Below are positions 40,094-49,035 of a stretch of DNA of 64,000 nucleotides, in pieces. Each line of letters opens with the position of its first letter. Within the stretch, counting starts at the first letter, position 1. Origin of the DNA: Alphaproteobacteria bacterium (GTDB lineage Bacteria > Pseudomonadota > Alphaproteobacteria > MPNO01); the NCBI GenBank assembly GCA_965248835.1, contig CBDFLJ010000001.1, forward strand, positions 1,280,001 to 1,344,000, given 5' to 3'. The position numbers and the translations under genes are program-made. The notes beneath the pieces were generated by a model that was not told the DNA's origin, did not search any database, and was given only the letters and a program-made list of their open reading frames with translations.

Positions 40094-41590
40094 ATGACCG
40101 TCGCGCTCGACCTGAGCGGGGTCACCAAGGATTTCGACGGGCTCAAGGCGCTGGACGAGGCGTGGTTCAGGCTGGAATACGGCGAGGTCCACGCGCTCCT
40201 GGGCGAGAACGGCGCCGGCAAGTCCTCGCTGATGAACGTCGCCTGCGGGCTCTACCTGCCCGATGAGGGCCGTATCGCGCTCGACGGCGCCGCGGTCGCG
40301 ATCGAAGGCCCGGCCCATGCACGCGCGCTCGGCATCGGCATGGTGCACCAGCATTTCAAGCTGGTCCGGCCGTTCACCGTTGCCGAGAACGTGATGCTCG
40401 CGAACCCCGCACCGGGGTCCTGGTCGCGCGGGATCGAGCGGATTGCCGGCCAGATCCGCCGCTACGGCGAGGATCTCGGCTTCCCGCTCGACCCGCACGC
40501 CCGCATCGATGCGATCTCGGTGGCCGAGCAGCAACGGGTCGAGATCATCAAGGTGCTGATTGGCGGGGCGCGTATCCTGATCCTCGATGAGCCGACGGCA
40601 GTGCTGACCGACGAGCAGGCCGACCGCCTGCTGAGCCTGGTGCGCGACATCGCCCGCCAGGGCTCGGCGGTGGTGCTGATCACCCACAAGCTGCGCGAGG
40701 TGCACGCGTTCGCCGACCGGGTGACGATCATGCGTGGCGGGCGCACGGTCGCCGCCGAGACCCCGGCCGCGCTGTCGAGCGAGCGGATGACCGAACTCAT
40801 GGTCGGCTCCGCGCCCCGCGACGACGCTCCGCGGGCCGGCCATGTCGGCGGCGTGCGCCTGGCGATCGCGGCTCTCGAAGCCGCCAACGCCGACGGCCCG
40901 CCGACGCTGGCCGGCGTCAGCCTTTCGGTCCGCGGCGGCGAGATCTACGGCATTGCCGGCGTCGGCGGCAATGGCCAGACCGAGCTCGCCGAGATCCTGC
41001 TCGGGGTCCGCCGCGCCTCGGCCGGCGGAATCGCGCTCGACGGGGTCGAGATCGGCCGCGCTCATCCGCGCCGCCGCCGCCGCGCGGGGCTGGCCAGCAT
41101 CCCCGCCGACCGCTACGTCCTGGGGCTCGCCGCCGATCTGACGGTGAGCGAGAACTACGCCCTGTCCGGCCTGGAGGCAGGCAGGTATGGCCGCTTGTGG
41201 GTCTCCGGCACCGCGATGGCCGAGGATACCGCAGCGGCGATCGAGGCCTTCGAGATCCAGGGCGCAGCCCCGCCCACCCGCTCGCGCCTGCTGTCGGGCG
41301 GCAACGCGCAGAAGCTGGTGCTGGCGCGCGAACTGTCGGGCGACGCCGGCGTGCTGGTCGCCCATTCGCCCACCCGCGGTCTCGACGTGCGCGCGTGTGC
41401 GGCGGTCCACGCTCATCTGCGCCGGGCGCGCGATTCCGGGGCCGCGGTGCTCCTGATCAGCGAAGACCTTGACGAGGTGCTCGACCTGTCCGACCGCATC
41501 GGCGTGCTGAACCGCGGGCGAATCGTCGGCGCGTTCGACCGGCCCGCCGACCGCCAGGCCGTCGGCCGGCTGATGGTCGATCATGCCTGA
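40094..41590 (+). CDS. ABC transporter ATP-binding protein (double NBD, CUT2-type)
   Basis: GENGAGKS, LDEPT and LSGGNAQK motifs. Confidence 0.92.
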   Translation: MTVALDLSGVTKDFDGLKALDEAWFRLEYGEVHALLGENGAGKSSLMNVACGLYLPDEGRIALDGAAVAIEGPAHARALGIGMVHQHFKLVRPFTVAENVMLANPAPGSWSRGIERIAGQIRRYGEDLGFPLDPHARIDAISVAEQQRVEIIKVLIGGARILILDEPTAVLTDEQADRLLSLVRDIARQGSAVVLITHKLREVHAFADRVTIMRGGRTVAAETPAALSSERMTELMVGSAPRDDAPRAGHVGGVRLAIAALEAANADGPPTLAGVSLSVRGGEIYGIAGVGGNGQTELAEILLGVRRASAGGIALDGVEIGRAHPRRRRRAGLASIPADRYVLGLAADLTVSENYALSGLEAGRYGRLWVSGTAMAEDTAAAIEAFEIQGAAPPTRSRLLSGGNAQKLVLARELSGDAGVLVAHSPTRGLDVRACAAVHAHLRRARDSGAAVLLISEDLDEVLDLSDRIGVLNRGRIVGAFDRPADRQAVGRLMVDHA

Positions 41591-42677
41591 GCTCGCGCTG
41601 ACCGCCCGGCCCCGCCGCCGCCATTTCGGCCGGCTCGGCCTCGATGTGCGCCAGTCGATCGGGCGCACCCGCCATGCCGGCTTCATCGCGCTGTCGCTGG
41701 CGATCGGGCTCGGCATTTCCGTCGCGATCCTGGTGGTCGCCGGTGTCGAGCCGGCCAATATCTTCGAAGAGTTCGTCGTGCTGACCTTCTTCGACCGGCT
41801 GGGGCTTTCGAGCGTCCTGATCGAGTGCAGCCCGCTGATCCTGGTCGGGCTCAGCGCGGCGGTCGCCTTCCGGGTGAATTTCTGGAACATCGGGATCGAG
41901 GGTCAGTTCTTCTTCGGCGCCATCGGAGCGACGATCATTGCGATCTTCGATGTCGGCCCGCCGTCGATGCGGATCGGGCTGATGCTGGTCCTGGCGCTCG
42001 CCGGCGGGTTTGTCTGGATCGTTCCGCCGGCCGTGCTGAAGATCAGGCTCGGCGTCAACGAGGTGATCTCGACTCTGCTGCTGAACTATGTCGCCTATCT
42101 GTTCGTCCTCAACCAGGTCTATGGCGCCTGGCAGGACGAGCGCGAGCGCTTCCCCCATTCCGAGTCCTTCGACGTCGTCGAGCGGCTGCCCCTGATCGGC
42201 TGGGAGAAGGTCCATATCGGGCTGGTCTTCAGCGTGGTCGCGGTCGCCCTGGTCTGGTGGGTGATGGAAAAGAGCCGACTCGGCGTCTATATGCGCTTCG
42301 TCGGCGCCAACCCGGCGATGGCGCTGGCCGCGGGGATACCGGTGGCGCTGACCGTCTTCCTCGCGGTCGGGCTGTCGGGGATGCTGTCGGGCGCCGCCGG
42401 GTTCGTCATGGCCGCTGCCCAGGAGCACCGGCTGACCGGGACGATGGCCGCAGGCTACGGCTTCTCCGGAATCATGATTGCCTTTCTTGCCCGTAACAAC
42501 CCCGCCGCGGTCCTGGTGGTGGCCTTCCTGATCGGCGGGCTCTATGCCGCCGGCCAGAGCGTGAAGGTCTTCTACAGCCTGCCTCAGGCCCTGGTGTCGC
42601 TGATCCAGGCGATCATCGTCATGTGCGTGGCGGCCTCGGACTTCCTGGTGCGCTACCGGGTGCGCTGGGTGCGATAG
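41583..42677 (+). CDS. ABC transporter permease
   Basis: WNIGIEGQ, NEVISTLLLN and GYGFSGI motifs. Confidence 0.88.
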   Translation: MPELALTARPRRRHFGRLGLDVRQSIGRTRHAGFIALSLAIGLGISVAILVVAGVEPANIFEEFVVLTFFDRLGLSSVLIECSPLILVGLSAAVAFRVNFWNIGIEGQFFFGAIGATIIAIFDVGPPSMRIGLMLVLALAGGFVWIVPPAVLKIRLGVNEVISTLLLNYVAYLFVLNQVYGAWQDERERFPHSESFDVVERLPLIGWEKVHIGLVFSVVAVALVWWVMEKSRLGVYMRFVGANPAMALAAGIPVALTVFLAVGLSGMLSGAAGFVMAAAQEHRLTGTMAAGYGFSGIMIAFLARNNPAAVLVVAFLIGGLYAAGQSVKVFYSLPQALVSLIQAIIVMCVAASDFLVRYRVRWVR

Positions 42678-42686
42678 GGGGCGAGC

Positions 42687-43610
42687 ATGGACTTCATCGC
42701 CAACTGGCTCGCCTTCACCCCGGTGTTCGCCACACCGCTGATCCTCGCCACGCTGGGGCTGATCATCAACGAGCGCGCCGGCGTGATCAATCTCGGTGCT
42801 GAAGGGCTGATGCTGTGCGGCGCGCTGACCGGCGTCGCGGCCTATGTCGAGCTCGGCCAGTCGACGTTCGTCAGCATGGCCGCCTCAGGCGTCGCGGGCT
42901 TCGTTGTCGCCGCCCTGTTCGCTTTCCTGGTGGTCGTGCTCCGGGCCGATCAGGTGGTAACCGGCATCACCATCGTCTTCTTCGGCGTCGGGCTGACCGG
43001 CCTCATCGGGCTCAAATGGAACGACAAGGCGATCGCCGGCTTCCAGAAGCTCGACCTCGGCGTGCTGTCGGACATCCCCTTTCTCGGCAAGGTCTTCTTC
43101 GCCCAGGACGCGATGGTCTACCTGACGATACCGATCATCGGCGGCGTGTGGTGGTTTCTATTCCGCACCAGGACCGGGCTCAACCTGCGTGCGGTGGGCG
43201 AGAACCCGCAGGCGGCGGACGCTGCGGGCATCGGGGTCGACCTCTACCGGTTCTGCGCGGTCACCGCCGGCGGCGTGCTGTGCGGCATGGCGGGCGGCTA
43301 TCTGGCGCTCGCGGCAGCCAAGATCTGGGTCAACGAGATGACCCATGGGCGCGGCTGGATCGCGATCGCGCTGGTGATCTTCGCCCGCTGGATGCCCGGC
43401 CGGGCGGTGTTCGGCGCGCTGTTGTTCGGCGGCATCGAGGCGCTGATCCCGCGCATCTTCGCCGCCGGCTGGCCGGTGCCGCAATATTTCCTGCAGATGA
43501 CCCCGTTTCTTGCGACCCTGGCGGTCCTGGTCTATGCCGGCCTCCGGCGTTCGCGCTCCGACGCCCCGGGCGCGCTGGGCCTGCCCTATGTCCGCGAGGA
43601 CCGCCGGTGA
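42687..43610 (+). CDS. ABC transporter permease
   Basis: ERAGVINLGAEG, LRAVGENP and GRGWIAIA motifs. Confidence 0.88.
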   Translation: MDFIANWLAFTPVFATPLILATLGLIINERAGVINLGAEGLMLCGALTGVAAYVELGQSTFVSMAASGVAGFVVAALFAFLVVVLRADQVVTGITIVFFGVGLTGLIGLKWNDKAIAGFQKLDLGVLSDIPFLGKVFFAQDAMVYLTIPIIGGVWWFLFRTRTGLNLRAVGENPQAADAAGIGVDLYRFCAVTAGGVLCGMAGGYLALAAAKIWVNEMTHGRGWIAIALVIFARWMPGRAVFGALLFGGIEALIPRIFAAGWPVPQYFLQMTPFLATLAVLVYAGLRRSRSDAPGALGLPYVREDRR

Positions 43611-43640
43611 GGACTGCCGGCGGTCTGCCTGCGTCCGGGT

Positions 43641-44045
43641 TCAGTCGAACATCGCCACGCAGTCGATCTCGACATTGACCCCGGCCCGGTGCGGCGTGCC
43701 GCCGATGCAGGTCCGGGTGACCTTCTCGCCGTCCATGAAGGCGGTGAAGGCGGCGTTGAACCGCTGGAAGTCCGCGGTATCGCGCAGGCAGACCCGCATA
43801 TTCACGACGTTGGCCATCGTTGCCCCCGCGGTCTCCAGGACGCTCTGGAGGTTGGCGAGCGTCTGGCGGGTCTGCGCCTCGATGTCGCCCGAGACCACCT
43901 CGCGGGTCTGCGGATCGAGCGGGCCCTGGCCGGAGACGAACAGCATGTTTGCGAACCTGACGGCCTGGGCGAGCGGGGATGGCGTGGATTTGTCGGAGAA
44001 CCCCGTGGTCGGCGCGCTCGCCGAGGTGAGGATCTGTTTGGGCAC
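43641..44045 (-). CDS. RidA/YjgF-family deaminase
   Basis: LFVSGQGP, QTRQTLANL, RTCI and VEIDCVA motifs; start set to GTG 44045. Confidence 0.85.
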   Translation of the reverse strand: MPKQILTSASAPTTGFSDKSTPSPLAQAVRFANMLFVSGQGPLDPQTREVVSGDIEAQTRQTLANLQSVLETAGATMANVVNMRVCLRDTADFQRFNAAFTAFMDGEKVTRTCIGGTPHRAGVNVEIDCVAMFD

Positions 44046-44074
44046 CGGTCGGTCTCCTTGCCTTTGCGCGCGGT

Positions 44075-44584
44075 TCAGGGGGCCGGCATCACGTTGCCGC
44101 AGGACGCGCACGTGCGCGCCGCCTCGGACTCGAAGAACCGGGCATAGGCCTTGGAGACCGGATCGAGCGCGTAGTCCTCGACCACGAAGTCGATCTCGTG
44201 CAGCAGGTCGTCGCATTCGGGACAGAACCACTGAAATAGGTCGATCTCGCCCGGAGTCCGCTGGCGCTCCATGACCAGCAGGAACGCATCGGGCGCAAAG
44301 CGCGGCGAATGGGGCACGCCAGCGGCGGTGTAGATCGCCGAGCCTTGCTTGAGGACCGAGACGTCCTCCCTGCCCTCGGGCGTGCGGTAATGGAGGTTCA
44401 TCTCGCCCCGGATCATGTACATGACCTCATCGGAGGGATTGATATGGAACTCGCTGCGGTATTCCCGGCCGCGGGCGATGAAGGCCAGCGTGTCGGGCCG
44501 CTGCCACAGGACCCGGACCCGTTGGCCGGTCTCGGCCAGGTCGTCGGCAATCGCGTTCAGATCGGCAATCGGCATCGGCAGCAT
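44075..44584 (-). CDS. 3-hydroxyanthranilate 3,4-dioxygenase-like cupin
   Basis: RSEFHINPSDE, VPHSPR and ERQR motifs; two CxxC (CPEC, CASC) forming a rubredoxin-like site. Confidence 0.8.
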   Translation of the reverse strand: MLPMPIADLNAIADDLAETGQRVRVLWQRPDTLAFIARGREYRSEFHINPSDEVMYMIRGEMNLHYRTPEGREDVSVLKQGSAIYTAAGVPHSPRFAPDAFLLVMERQRTPGEIDLFQWFCPECDDLLHEIDFVVEDYALDPVSKAYARFFESEAARTCASCGNVMPAP

Positions 44585-44716
44585 CGCGGCCTCCTTCCTT
44601 GCTGATCGGGCGACTATTGCACAACCGCGCCCGCCGCGCCCAAGGTTTGATTTGCCGCGGGCGGGAAATCCCGCCAAGCTTGGCCGGAGACCGACCGAGG
44701 AATGGCGAGATATGAA

Positions 44717-45238
44717 ATGACGCGGCTTTCACACAGGGACCGCTCCGAGGTCCCCGGGCTCGAGGTGCACTTCGACGCCGTCGAGGACCGGATGGGCTTC
44801 CTGCCCAATTCCCAGCTCGTGATGGCCCACAAGCCGCTTCTGGTCGAGGCGTTCGCGGCGATGCGCGAGGCGGTCTATGACGCCGACGGCGCGACGCCCC
44901 AGGCCCTGCTGTCGCTGGCGGGCGCGGTTGCCAGCATGGCTGCCGGCTGCCGTTACTGCACCGCGCACTCGGCCTCGAACGCGGCCAGGCGCGCGGTGCC
45001 CGACGACAAGCTCGCCGATCTGTGGACCTACGAGACCAGCAGCCATTTCACCGAGGCCGAGCGCGCCGCGCTTCGCTTCGCCCAGGCCGCCGTGTTCTGG
45101 TACGGGTTCTTGAACCGGTTCAACGATTCGCTGGCCACGACATTGGAAGACGAGCCGCACGGATTCGCCGGACGAACGCTCGCCCGGAGCGGCTGGACGG
45201 CGGGCAAGCACGATCGTGCCGCGGCCGATGCCGGCTGA
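44717..45238 (+). CDS. Carboxymuconolactone decarboxylase/AhpD-family protein (possibly internally deleted)
   Basis: MGFLPNS, GCRYCTAH and GFLNRFND motifs. Confidence 0.7.
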   Translation: MTRLSHRDRSEVPGLEVHFDAVEDRMGFLPNSQLVMAHKPLLVEAFAAMREAVYDADGATPQALLSLAGAVASMAAGCRYCTAHSASNAARRAVPDDKLADLWTYETSSHFTEAERAALRFAQAAVFWYGFLNRFNDSLATTLEDEPHGFAGRTLARSGWTAGKHDRAAADAG

Positions 45239-45250
45239 AGAGGCGCGCAG

Positions 45251-46300
45251 ATGAAATTCGGTATGTTCGGCGGCGCCACCGCCCGCGGCCAGAGTGCGGA
45301 CGCAGCCGCGCGCTGGTCCGGGGGCGCGGATCGCTACAGGATGGCGGCCTCCGACGACAGCCATGCCTACGACCAGTTCGTCGCCGCGATCCAGGAGGCC
45401 GAGGCGCTGGGCTATCACTCGATCTTTCTGGTCGAACACCATTTCACCGGGGTGGCCCAGGTCTCCGCGTCACTCAACCTGCTGACGTTCCTGGCCGCCA
45501 AGACCGCAACGATCCGGTTGGGGACCGCGGTGGTCGTCGTGCCCTGGCACAACCCGGTCCTGCTTGCCGAGCAGGCCGCGACCGTCGACGTGCTGTCGGC
45601 CGGGCGGCTCGATTTCGGCGTCGGCAAGGGCTACCGGCCGAACGAGTTCCACGGCTTCTGCGTCCCGCTGGAGGAGGCCAGTGAGCGGTTCGAGGAATCG
45701 ATGGGCCTGATCCGCAAGGCCTTCGTCTGCGAGGAGAGGTTCACCTGGCATTCCAGGCGCTGGAACTTCGAGGACATCGTCGTCGAGCCGCCGCCGGTGC
45801 AGCGGCCGCACCCGCCGCTATGGCTGGCCGCCGGGCGCCCGGACTCGCTGCGCAAGGCGGCCGAGGACGGCTATTCGCTGCTGCTCGACCAGTTCGCGAC
45901 CCTCGAGGTAGCGCTCGAGCGTTTCTATATCTACCGCGACGCGGTCGAGGCCGCGGGCCGGGAGTTCGATCCGATGACGGTCGCCGTCGCGCGCGCGGTC
46001 GACATCATCGACAGCGAGGATGAGCGCGAAGATGCGATCGCCCGGCGGATGAACGCGCTGGAGCGGATGAACAGGCTCGCGCGGACCGAGGACGGCAGCT
46101 ATGTCTCGTCGATGGCATCGGACCCCGACCTGCGCAAGGCGGCCGAGCGCGGCACCCTGATCGGCACGCCCGATGAGATCGTCGAGCGCATCCGCCAGCT
46201 CGGCAACGGCGGCATCGAATACATCCTGCTGGCCGGCATCCAGTCCTACCCGCAGATGATGCGCCGCTTCGCGAGCGAGGTGATGCCGGCCTTCGCCTGA
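45251..46300 (+). CDS. LLM-class flavin-dependent oxidoreductase
   Basis: VEHHF, IRLGTAV, GRLDFGVGKGYR and PVQRPHPP motifs. Confidence 0.88.
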   Translation: MKFGMFGGATARGQSADAAARWSGGADRYRMAASDDSHAYDQFVAAIQEAEALGYHSIFLVEHHFTGVAQVSASLNLLTFLAAKTATIRLGTAVVVVPWHNPVLLAEQAATVDVLSAGRLDFGVGKGYRPNEFHGFCVPLEEASERFEESMGLIRKAFVCEERFTWHSRRWNFEDIVVEPPPVQRPHPPLWLAAGRPDSLRKAAEDGYSLLLDQFATLEVALERFYIYRDAVEAAGREFDPMTVAVARAVDIIDSEDEREDAIARRMNALERMNRLARTEDGSYVSSMASDPDLRKAAERGTLIGTPDEIVERIRQLGNGGIEYILLAGIQSYPQMMRRFASEVMPAFA

Positions 46301-46332
46301 ACGATGACGTGCAACACAGCCGAGGACGAGCG

Positions 46333-46548
46333 ATGAAGTTCCGCATCGAATACTGCGTGGCCTGAAACTACGAGCCCCGCGCCCTCCGTGCGAGGGAACG
46401 GCTCCGGGCGAAGGGCGCCGAGGCGGAGATCGCCGCCGGCGCCCGCGGCGCGTTCGAGATCACCCGCGAAGGGGAGCTGGCGTTCTCCAAGCTCGCCACC
46501 GGCCGCTTCCCCGCCGACGAGGAGGTCGACGCCCTGGTCTCCTTCTAG
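46333..46548 (+). CDS. SelW/Rdx-family selenoprotein (CxxU; in-frame TGA at 46363-46365)
   Basis: MKFRIEYCVAUNYEPRA...GARGAFEIT...FSKLATGRFP..EEV (71 aa), the Rdx signature on both sides of the TGA; GAGG RBS; bSECIS-like hairpin. Confidence 0.85.
46372..46404 (+). promoter_or_regulatory. Putative bacterial SECIS element
   Basis: GAGCC/GGCTC lower stem, CCCTC/GAGGG upper stem, loop CGTGC starting 22 nt after the UGA with G in loop position 2. Confidence 0.65.
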
Positions 46549-46641
46549 GCCCGGCGGCTCCGGCTTGCCCTGGCGCGCGCTTTCCGAGCGCGGGCCTTGG
46601 CGGTAGTCTCCCCGTCCATGGTCAACCGGGGAGAGGACGGT

Positions 46642-47412
46642 ATGGGCGGGTTGCTCGAGGGGCACCGTGCGGTCGTGACCGGCGGCGGATCGGGGATCGG
46701 GCGCGCCATCGCGGCCGGCTATGCCGAGCACGGCGCGGAGATCGTCATTCTCGATGCGAATGTCGAGGCGGCCGATGCGGTCTGCCGGCAGATCGTCGAA
46801 GCCGGCCACGCAGCCCGCAGCATCGCGCTCGACGTCGCCGACCGCCAGAAGTGTGCCAGCGTCGCCCGGCAGGTCTCCGAGACCGTCGGCGACATCTCGA
46901 TCCTGGTGAACAACGCCGGGATCAACCGCCGCACCCCGTTCACCGGCGATCGGCCGACCGTCGCCCGGGACTGGGACGACATCATGGCCGTCAACCTCAA
47001 CGGCATGTTCAACGTCACCCACGCCTTCGTCGATCAGCTCCGGGCGCGGCGCGGCCGAGTGGTCAATATCGGCTCCATCCAGTCCTTCGTCCACGTGCGC
47101 ACGCCGAACTCGCTGGCCTACACGACTTCCAAGCACGGCGTGCTGGGCTTCACCCGCGCACTCGCCGCCGAGCTCGGCAAGGACGGCGTGCGGGTCAACG
47201 CCATCGGGCCCGGGCTGATCGAGACGCCGCTCAACGCGCAGGCGCGCGCCAACAACCCGGAGCTCATCGAGGTCTTCCTCGACCACACGCCGCTGCGGCG
47301 CACCGGGAAGCCCGAAGACATCGTAGGCCCGGCGCTCTTCCTCGCCTCGGACCTGTCCGGATACGTCACCGGCGGCATCGTGATGGCCGACGGCGGCTAC
47401 AGATCGATCTGA
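46642..47412 (+). CDS. SDR-family oxidoreductase
   Basis: TGGGSGIG, NNAG and YTTSK motifs; start set to ATG 46642. Confidence 0.9.
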   Translation: MGGLLEGHRAVVTGGGSGIGRAIAAGYAEHGAEIVILDANVEAADAVCRQIVEAGHAARSIALDVADRQKCASVARQVSETVGDISILVNNAGINRRTPFTGDRPTVARDWDDIMAVNLNGMFNVTHAFVDQLRARRGRVVNIGSIQSFVHVRTPNSLAYTTSKHGVLGFTRALAAELGKDGVRVNAIGPGLIETPLNAQARANNPELIEVFLDHTPLRRTGKPEDIVGPALFLASDLSGYVTGGIVMADGGYRSI

Positions 47413-47419
47413 GGCAACC

Positions 47420-47554
47420 GCTCCCGTTCGCGGCGAGCATGGGCGGGTCGTCATGGCGGCGGTCGAGATAGTCCAGGATCGCCGGGGAATCACAGAGCAC
47501 CTGCCCGTCATCGGTGATCGGGCAGAGGATCCTGCCCAGCGGGTCGACCTCGGC
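47420..47554 (-). pseudogene. Glutathione S-transferase N-terminal domain remnant
   Basis: VDPLGRILCPITDDGQVLCDSPAILDYLD resembles the GST-N consensus NPLGxIPxLxxDDGxxLxDSxxIxxYLD; no complete ORF. Confidence 0.55.
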
Positions 47555-47601
47555 CCGCTGCCAAATCCCGTGCCGGCCACCAATTATGGTAAGCTGGCGC
47601 A

Positions 47602-48423
47602 ATGTGGTCGAATGTCGTCGATCTTAGGAACTTCTACCGTTCGAAGATGGGCCGGGTCGCCCGGCGGGTGATCCGCGACCATGTGCGGGCCCATTGGACC
47701 GACGTCGCCGGCATGAACGTCCTGGGCGTGGGGTATGCGACCCCCTATCTGGGCGCGTTCCGCGGCGAGGCGGCGCGCGTGATCTCGGTGATGCCGGCGC
47801 GCCAGGGAGTCCTCCGCTGGCCGGTCGATGCGCCCAACCTGACCACGCTCGCCGAGGAGGCGGAGCTTCCGCTGCCCGACATGTCGATGGACCGGGTGCT
47901 GCTGGTTCATGCCCTGGAGTCTTCGGAGCAGCTCCGGTCGATGATGCGCGAGATCTGGCGGGTGATGGCCGACGGCGCGCGCCTGCTGGTGGTGGTGCCC
48001 AACCGGACCGGCATCTGGGCGCGGCTCGACCGCACCCCCTTCGGACATGGCCATCCCTATACCAACTCGCAGATTTCGACGCTTCTGCGCGATACGATGT
48101 TCGATCCGTTGGCCGCGCAATTCGGGCTGTTCATGCCGCCCAGCCGGCGCCGCGTTCTGATTGCATCGGCACCCGCGCTGGAGCGTATCGGCGGCCGCTG
48201 GTTCCCGCGCCTGGGCGGCGTCCTGTTCGTCGAGGCGGCCAAGCAGATCCACGCCGTCACGCCGGTGACCGCGACCGCGCCGCGCCGCCGGGCACGGGCG
48301 GTGGCGTCCGGCGCTGAAGCGATTCGTTCGATCCACCGGCAGCATCTTGCGCCCGGCCGTGTCCGCGCCGCCGGCCCGCACCGTCATCATCACCGGGTTG
48401 GGGACGATCCCCGGACCGGGTGA
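47602..48423 (+). CDS. Class I SAM-dependent methyltransferase (YafS-like)
   Basis: LGVGYATPYL, DRVLLVHALE and PNRTGIWAR..TPFGHG motifs. Confidence 0.8.
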   Translation: MWSNVVDLRNFYRSKMGRVARRVIRDHVRAHWTDVAGMNVLGVGYATPYLGAFRGEAARVISVMPARQGVLRWPVDAPNLTTLAEEAELPLPDMSMDRVLLVHALESSEQLRSMMREIWRVMADGARLLVVVPNRTGIWARLDRTPFGHGHPYTNSQISTLLRDTMFDPLAAQFGLFMPPSRRRVLIASAPALERIGGRWFPRLGGVLFVEAAKQIHAVTPVTATAPRRRARAVASGAEAIRSIHRQHLAPGRVRAAGPHRHHHRVGDDPRTG

Positions 48424-48429
48424 GGCCTT

Positions 48430-49035
48430 CTATCCGGCCCTGGGCCGCAGCAGAAAGATTCCCTGCTCGCTCCGCAGGTTGGCGAAGGGGCCGATCCTGG
48501 CCAGCTCGCTCGAGCGGCCCTTGCGGTTCAGCGAGACCGCGCGCTCGACCTCCAGATCGAGCTCCGCGCACAGCTCCAAGAAGTCGAGGATGGTGCACAG
48601 GTGGATGTTGGGCGTGTCGTACCAGCGATCGCCATTCTCCCCGATCGCCGGCATCCGCCCGCCGACCAGCAATCGCCAGCGGATCCTCAGGTGCCCGAAA
48701 TTGGTGAACGAGACGATCGCCCGGCCGGCGATGCGCACGAGCTGGCGCAGCAACCCGCGCGGTGCGTGGGTGGCCTGCAGCGTCTGGCTCAGCACCGCGT
48801 AGTCGAACGCCCCGTCGGGATAGTCCGCCAGGTCGGTGTCGGCATCGCCTTGCACCACCGATAGGCCGTGGCTCACGCAGGCGTTCACCCCCTCCTGGCT
48901 GAGCTCGATCCCGCGCGCGTCGATCCCCTTGACGTGGACCAGATGATCGAGCAGCGCGCCGTCGCCGCAGCCGATGTCGAGCACCCGCGAGTCCGGGGTG
49001 ATCATCTCGGCGATCACCTGAAGGTCGCGCCGCAT
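48430..49035 (-). CDS. metW: Methionine biosynthesis protein MetW
   Basis: RVLDIGCGDG, LSQTLQA and WYDTPNIHLCT motifs; start overlaps the metX stop. Confidence 0.92.
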   Translation of the reverse strand: MRRDLQVIAEMITPDSRVLDIGCGDGALLDHLVHVKGIDARGIELSQEGVNACVSHGLSVVQGDADTDLADYPDGAFDYAVLSQTLQATHAPRGLLRQLVRIAGRAIVSFTNFGHLRIRWRLLVGGRMPAIGENGDRWYDTPNIHLCTILDFLELCAELDLEVERAVSLNRKGRSSELARIGPFANLRSEQGIFLLRPRAG

